The position numbers and the translations under genes are program-made. Source: a virus (Duplodnaviria > Caudoviricetes). Taken from it: DNA of 64,000 nucleotides. Location of the stretch: the IMG/VR virus record IMGVR_UViG_3300030104_002782, positions 260-64,259 of that record; one strand, written 5' to 3'. Positions 59,614 through 64,000 of the stretch are shown in pieces (the stretch's first letter is position 1; every line of letters begins with the position of its first letter). Below the pieces are notes generated by a model that ran no database searches, was not told the DNA's origin, and was given only the letters and a program-made list of their open reading frames with translations.

Positions 59614-60564
59614 TCACTCATCCTCCCCTGTCCACTTTGCTAGTGCTTGCTTAACATCTTCGATGCCAGCCTTGATTGCCCCTGCTACAGAATCTTGGCC
59701 TGTACCTGTTCTCATTACATGAGCCTTGTCTAGACCGATACATTTTGCGACTTCTTTACCTTGACTTGGGTCAAGGTCTATTGCTGAACCTAGACCTGTA
59801 CCGGCTCTCCCATGAGCCGCCCACATACCGAATAAGCCGGTTCTAAAGAACCATGCAGAGCCAGCACTAGCCGCTATTGCCTCATTCAGACCTTCGTCAG
59901 CATCTTTGATGCGTACTGCCGCTAGAGTATTCGTAGTACCGTTTACGGCACTACGCAAACAGCCTCTTGAGTAGGCATAGGCCCAGACTTCTACAGCGAA
60001 GCCAGCCTGTGAGAGTAGGTCTGCTGCTGCTAGTGCGACTGCTGTCCTAGCAAATATGACATCGGCATCAGTCATGCAGTTAGCCCCCGTAGGGACTACA
60101 AGTGCTACGGCTTCTACAGGGGCCGATGATTTGCGAATTGTCCTACGGAACATTGAGTCGCCATTTAGTAGGCGTGTAGCATTCACACGACCTCGGCTAT
60201 CCGACCACTTGAGTTTACGCTTCAATTGACTTAGGTCAATGGAGTCCACTAGGTCGGACATCTTGTCACGAGTTTTTGCGATTGCTTTGTGGTCGTTTTC
60301 GACATAGTCGCCAAGACGAGCCGCTACATCTCTACGAGATGTGACTTGACCTTTTAGGTCGGGGCGACCTATCCAATTCAAATCGCAACTACCATCATGT
60401 AGAGGGTCATAACCCTCAAAATCGCTAGGCTTGAGTGAATTGACATAGTCGCCAGCATCAGCAGGGGTGTCCGAGATGGTGAAATTGCACGAGAGAGCAT
60501 CAGAGGTATGATGCCCTATGCGAGTCCCTAACTCGTATGATGTTACCTCGGTAACAGACATCAA
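59614..60564 (-). CDS. Partner of the MoxR-like ATPase (divergent VWA-like)
   Basis: G.VN..R.L.G...FR motif, then a Rossmann-like VALVV...L...GF.VEVW; coupled to the ATPase. Confidence 0.6.
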   Translation of the reverse strand: MMSVTEVTSYELGTRIGHHTSDALSCNFTISDTPADAGDYVNSLKPSDFEGYDPLHDGSCDLNWIGRPDLKGQVTSRRDVAARLGDYVENDHKAIAKTRDKMSDLVDSIDLSQLKRKLKWSDSRGRVNATRLLNGDSMFRRTIRKSSAPVEAVALVVPTGANCMTDADVIFARTAVALAAADLLSQAGFAVEVWAYAYSRGCLRSAVNGTTNTLAAVRIKDADEGLNEAIAASAGSAWFFRTGLFGMWAAHGRAGTGLGSAIDLDPSQGKEVAKCIGLDKAHVMRTGTGQDSVAGAIKAGIEDVKQALAKWTGEDE

Positions 60565-61919
60565 GCCGCACCCCCATTTGTAGCGAGAGCATCAGAGATG
60601 AAGGCATCATCGAAGCCTATGGCTTTCAAGTCCTTGCGATTCCAATCGGTGACGGCTTTCTTACGAATCCTTTCCATTTCCCAGCCGAGAACATGCTTTT
60701 GCTTCTTGGCGTTTATCATGTGGCGAGGGCTGATAATGCGGCCTACAAGTCCAGCGTTATCTGCTCTATCACGAAGGTCATGGAAGAAGGAGACGATTTC
60801 ATCGTCACCGATGAGTTGGCGTTCAAATGCTCGGTCATAGCCCCAGCGAATAACTCCGTTAGCGAAGCGATTTAGAGTAGCACCGTCGAGCGTTTCTGCC
60901 GCACTGTATGGGCCACGACCTTTACCTTGTCCCAAGGTGTTAGTTGTAGCAAGGATGAATAAGTCCTCGGACTTCTTGATAACCGTACCATCTGGCATAG
61001 TCCATTCGTCGTTGGCTAAAGCCATGTTAGCCGCAACTGCTGTGCCACCCATTAGACGGTCAAACTCGTCAAAGACGAGGACTCCACCGTCACGGAAAGT
61101 TTCAACTATGTTGGTGATTCTGTGCTTTTCTTCTCCGGAGGAGACATTAGGAATCATTGGCCCTTGTATATCCGAGGGCATCATTTCATTGTGACATGAG
61201 ATAACAGCAAAACGGACAGACTTCGGATTTGCGAATCCACCGGCTTCCGGAGGAAGTGCTTTGAGAGTGTCAAATATCTGTCTAGCGGCATGGGTCTTAC
61301 CAGACCCAGCAGGGCCGGTAGCCATACAATTGATACGAACACGGCCCATGTCAAGTGCTTCATCGAAGCAAGGGTGGACTAGTCCGACCTTGACTTCTTC
61401 AAAGTCACCAAGGGGCTGAACGATAGTGGTACGAGGTAATGCTAGAGCATTTACCTTGTCCTCTAGGGTAGTATCTACTAGGTCAGTAAACTGTCCTAGG
61501 ATATGTGGTGCAACCATATTTGCTAAAGCAAGTCCGGCTGGGTCGGCATCTTTGTTATCGAAGATAACAGGGGTAGGTGTTTTCTTTGGCATTTTCTTAG
61601 TCTCCTTTGGAGTGTCCTTTGGTGGGGTCTTTGGTACTTCTTCACCAGAGGTGAAGGCTTTGAGTTGCGATTCCGACATTGTTGAAACAATGGTATCGAA
61701 AGTTTCTGGGTTTAGGTGATAACCTACATCTACACATGAAGTGTGAATCCAAGTTGCTTTTCTAGATTCCGAAGGAATCTTGACTTGAGCCACAGAGGAT
61801 TTAGGGTGTGTTCCATTAATGGAACCACCACAAACCTTACAGGTTCCGTCGTAGTTTGCATTCTTGGTCTTTAGACCAATTTGTCGTAGTATCTTTGCTT
61901 GTGGGGTTTGCTTGCTCAT
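60561..61919 (-). CDS. MoxR/CobS-like AAA+ ATPase with N-terminal zinc finger
   Basis: GPAGSGKT, FDEFD, ATTNT.G.G, LDGATLNRF, ISPR. Confidence 0.85.
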   Translation of the reverse strand: MSKQTPQAKILRQIGLKTKNANYDGTCKVCGGSINGTHPKSSVAQVKIPSESRKATWIHTSCVDVGYHLNPETFDTIVSTMSESQLKAFTSGEEVPKTPPKDTPKETKKMPKKTPTPVIFDNKDADPAGLALANMVAPHILGQFTDLVDTTLEDKVNALALPRTTIVQPLGDFEEVKVGLVHPCFDEALDMGRVRINCMATGPAGSGKTHAARQIFDTLKALPPEAGGFANPKSVRFAVISCHNEMMPSDIQGPMIPNVSSGEEKHRITNIVETFRDGGVLVFDEFDRLMGGTAVAANMALANDEWTMPDGTVIKKSEDLFILATTNTLGQGKGRGPYSAAETLDGATLNRFANGVIRWGYDRAFERQLIGDDEIVSFFHDLRDRADNAGLVGRIISPRHMINAKKQKHVLGWEMERIRKKAVTDWNRKDLKAIGFDDAFISDALATNGGAA

Positions 61920-62152
61920 TGTTTCATCTCCTTTGGTTGGTTGGTGTTTCTCGGCTCCTTTAGGGGGCTTTCCGTTATAATACCTTCGATGGTGTCGGTA
62001 TCATCCATAGCGTAAAGCATCTGTAAGATTCGGTCTGAATAGGTAGTTGGCACAACTACACCATCCATAACGACTTCGTCAAAGTTAGTCCTCAACAAAT
62101 CGGCCAAATCTGTGACCAAGGGGTTGTTGAAGTAATCTCTCTTATCGTACAT
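61916..62152 (-). CDS. Small hypothetical protein
   Basis: GAGGAG RBS before MYDKRDYF; the longer ORF-track N-terminus runs through hairpin DNA. Confidence 0.55.
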   Translation of the reverse strand: MYDKRDYFNNPLVTDLADLLRTNFDEVVMDGVVVPTTYSDRILQMLYAMDDTDTIEGIITESPLKEPRNTNQPKEMKQ

Positions 62153-63392
62153 GTTTATATTCTCCTCATCAGAGATGGGAGAATTAAACTGTACTTTAAG
62201 AGAGTACAATATACTACTTCGTAGTATAAAATCAGAATCTAAGAATAAGAATGAGAGCATCTTATTCTTAGATTTGCCTATGCACATGTATAGGTATGTG
62301 TGTATAGGAGTATTTTCTAGCCCTTTAGGGCTAGGATTTAGCAAACTATTATTAGCAACCTCCTTTGAAAGGAGGCCATAGGCACATGTATATGTGTCTG
62401 ATTTTCTGCTAATTAAGTCAGAATCGTTCAGCGATTCTGTAACTTTAGCAAACTTGTTTATCATCATGTGTATAACCTATGTATCTTATTAGTGACCGGC
62501 TTGATTTTTTCGGATTATAATCATAAGGGACTAGATTATAATCAGAATGGAACATTCTTGATTATAATCGTAAAATACTATGGTTTTTACTTTGAGAATA
62601 GAGTATACAGATACTCTATTCGCAAAGCCACCTGCATACCTGCGCGCTGGGTCTAGAGACCCCCCAAAGGGCGGAAACCCCCTACGGGGTTTTCCTTCCG
62701 CAGTACAACGATTTTGCGATTTCACCTTTTCCACACATGAGGCGTAGGCCCACATGGGCGAGGGCGCATATACCCGCAAGATGCTTGATTTTCTTAGTTT
62801 TATTTTTACACTCTATCTAAAAAGTATACTTTTTGATATAGTGTACGAGAAGAGGTCTCAAGGTAGTGGGGTAGCCTTTTGAAATTAGAGTGCCGAGAAA
62901 TTGACGACAGACACCATAACTCGGACTTTACTTTTTGCACCGACCTTGATTTAGGGAGACCTAAAAATAACTCGTAGAGTTATTGTTGGCAGGGGTGCGA
63001 ACACACGAGGGCATGTGCGAGGGCATCTGGATTTCTTGCAGAAATCTTCCGGATTTAGAGAATAGTATTCAGTAATACTATTCCCGAAATCTACGCATGT
63101 GGGGGCAAGCGAGCGCACACCTGCTCGTACATGTGTATGTGCATGTACGCATGTGCGAGTGCATGTGTAGGCACATGCCTACGGGTGTACGCATATGTGC
63201 GTACAGGTCTAAAACTATCGAAGATAGTTTCGCAAAAATTAAGGAATAAGTATTACTCAATCTTATTCCTAATTTCAGCGTACAGGGGTACTCGCACACA
63301 CATGCTTGCATATGTGTAGGCACATGTGCGAGCGCACATGTATGTGTAGGTGGTAGAAATCTAACTAGTTAGATTTTCAGTGATTTGAAATT

Positions 63393-63431
63393 AAAAAAAG
63401 CCCCTTAGTGAACCGAGGTTCACTAAGGGGC
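63393..63431 (-). terminator. Hairpin followed by a T7 tract
   Basis: 15-bp stem GCCCCTTAGTGAACC/GGTTCACTAAGGGGC adjacent to A7, downstream of ORF 63476..63697. Confidence 0.65.
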
Positions 63432-63475
63432 AAAGAGTGACTAAAGTCACTAAACTAGAAGTCTATGGTGATGAA

Positions 63476-63697
63476 TCACCATAGAGGCTCAAGGCCAATA
63501 AACTTCATGTATTCATTCAGAAGCAGGGCTTCTGACATCGGCTTTTTCTTGCCTTGGGTTGCTCTGATTGCTTCGGCAATCATAGTGCTAGTTGTCTCCT
63601 TGGTTCCAACAATAGGATTGTTGTTTCCGATGAATCGGTGGATTTTCAACAACCTGTTGGTTAGTCTTTTTTCGGCTCGGCTTTGGGCTTTACTCAT
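63476..63697 (-). CDS. Small basic hypothetical protein
   Basis: GAGGA RBS; largely hairpin-free coding island followed by a terminator. Confidence 0.6.
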   Translation of the reverse strand: MSKAQSRAEKRLTNRLLKIHRFIGNNNPIVGTKETTSTMIAEAIRATQGKKKPMSEALLLNEYMKFIGLEPLW

Positions 63698-64000
63698 CTG
63701 TATTCCTCATTTACAATGGGAATACAGAGAGTATTTTTCGCATACATGCTAAAAACTCTAGGAGTTTTTCGCAAATCAGAATAGGATTCCTTAATTCCTA
63801 TTCTTATTTGGGGCCACCCACATGAGCGCACCTGCCCCCGCTTGATTTTCTTAGTCCTTGGACTACAGAAAATATACGCACGAACCGAAGGTTCTTGCGT
63901 AGGAAAAATAAAGTCAAGACTTTATTTTCGCATGTACGCATACATGCCTGTGTACGCACATGTGCATGTGCGCGCGAGATAAAAAAAAGCCCCACTAGTC

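Larger units (their letters stand above)
62200..64000. repeat. Second hairpin-dense zone with alternating purine-pyrimidine tracts
   Basis: GATTATAATC at 62513, 62534 and 62560; hairpins at 62596-62621, 62966-62984, 63060-63083, 63212-63230, 63357-63376, 63400-63431 and 63905-63928; RY tracts at 63110-63205, 63290-63348 and 63929-63977. Confidence 0.92.

Noticed and set aside
62468-63323. ORFs 62468, 62531, 63078 and 63131 (and 63804)
   Set aside because: Their C/M/H/A/R-rich translations are by-products of RY tracts and palindromes.
1-64000. Integrated provirus, reverse transcriptase/DGR or alternative genetic code
   Set aside because: No integrase, host genes or RT motifs were recognised, and long ORFs are intact in the standard code.

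Overview
This window is most of the genome of a long-tailed head-tail archaeal virus. The gene content and the GGTGA/GGAG ribosome-binding sites fit a Magrovirus-like virus of marine Poseidoniales (MGII); that host assignment is inference. Layout: TerL and a metallophosphoesterase (3.1-6.0 kb, minus strand); a morphogenesis operon with portal, protease/scaffold, HK97-like capsid, tail tube, frameshifted tail chaperone, tape measure and a 2363-aa tail tip (6.4-31.5 kb, plus); an archaeal-type replication block with XPF/ERCC4 nuclease, primase, Cas4-like nuclease, PolB, DNA methyltransferase, clamp, RecA-like ATPase, SSB, RFC, dNMP kinase and MCM (31.6-49.6 kb, minus); and many small accessory genes ending in a MoxR-like AAA+/partner pair (49.9-62.2 kb). 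The most unusual signal is at both window ends (1-3.1 kb and about 62.1-64 kb). There are dozens of short, mostly perfect inverted repeats with unrelated stems but a small set of loops (C-GNA-G, CTAG, CTTTAG). They occur inside protein-coding genes as well, and sit beside alternating purine-pyrimidine tracts, mini transcription units and very acidic proteins. GATC and AGCT appear avoided while TTGCGA and CTAG appear enriched. All counts are manual and no database searches were run.
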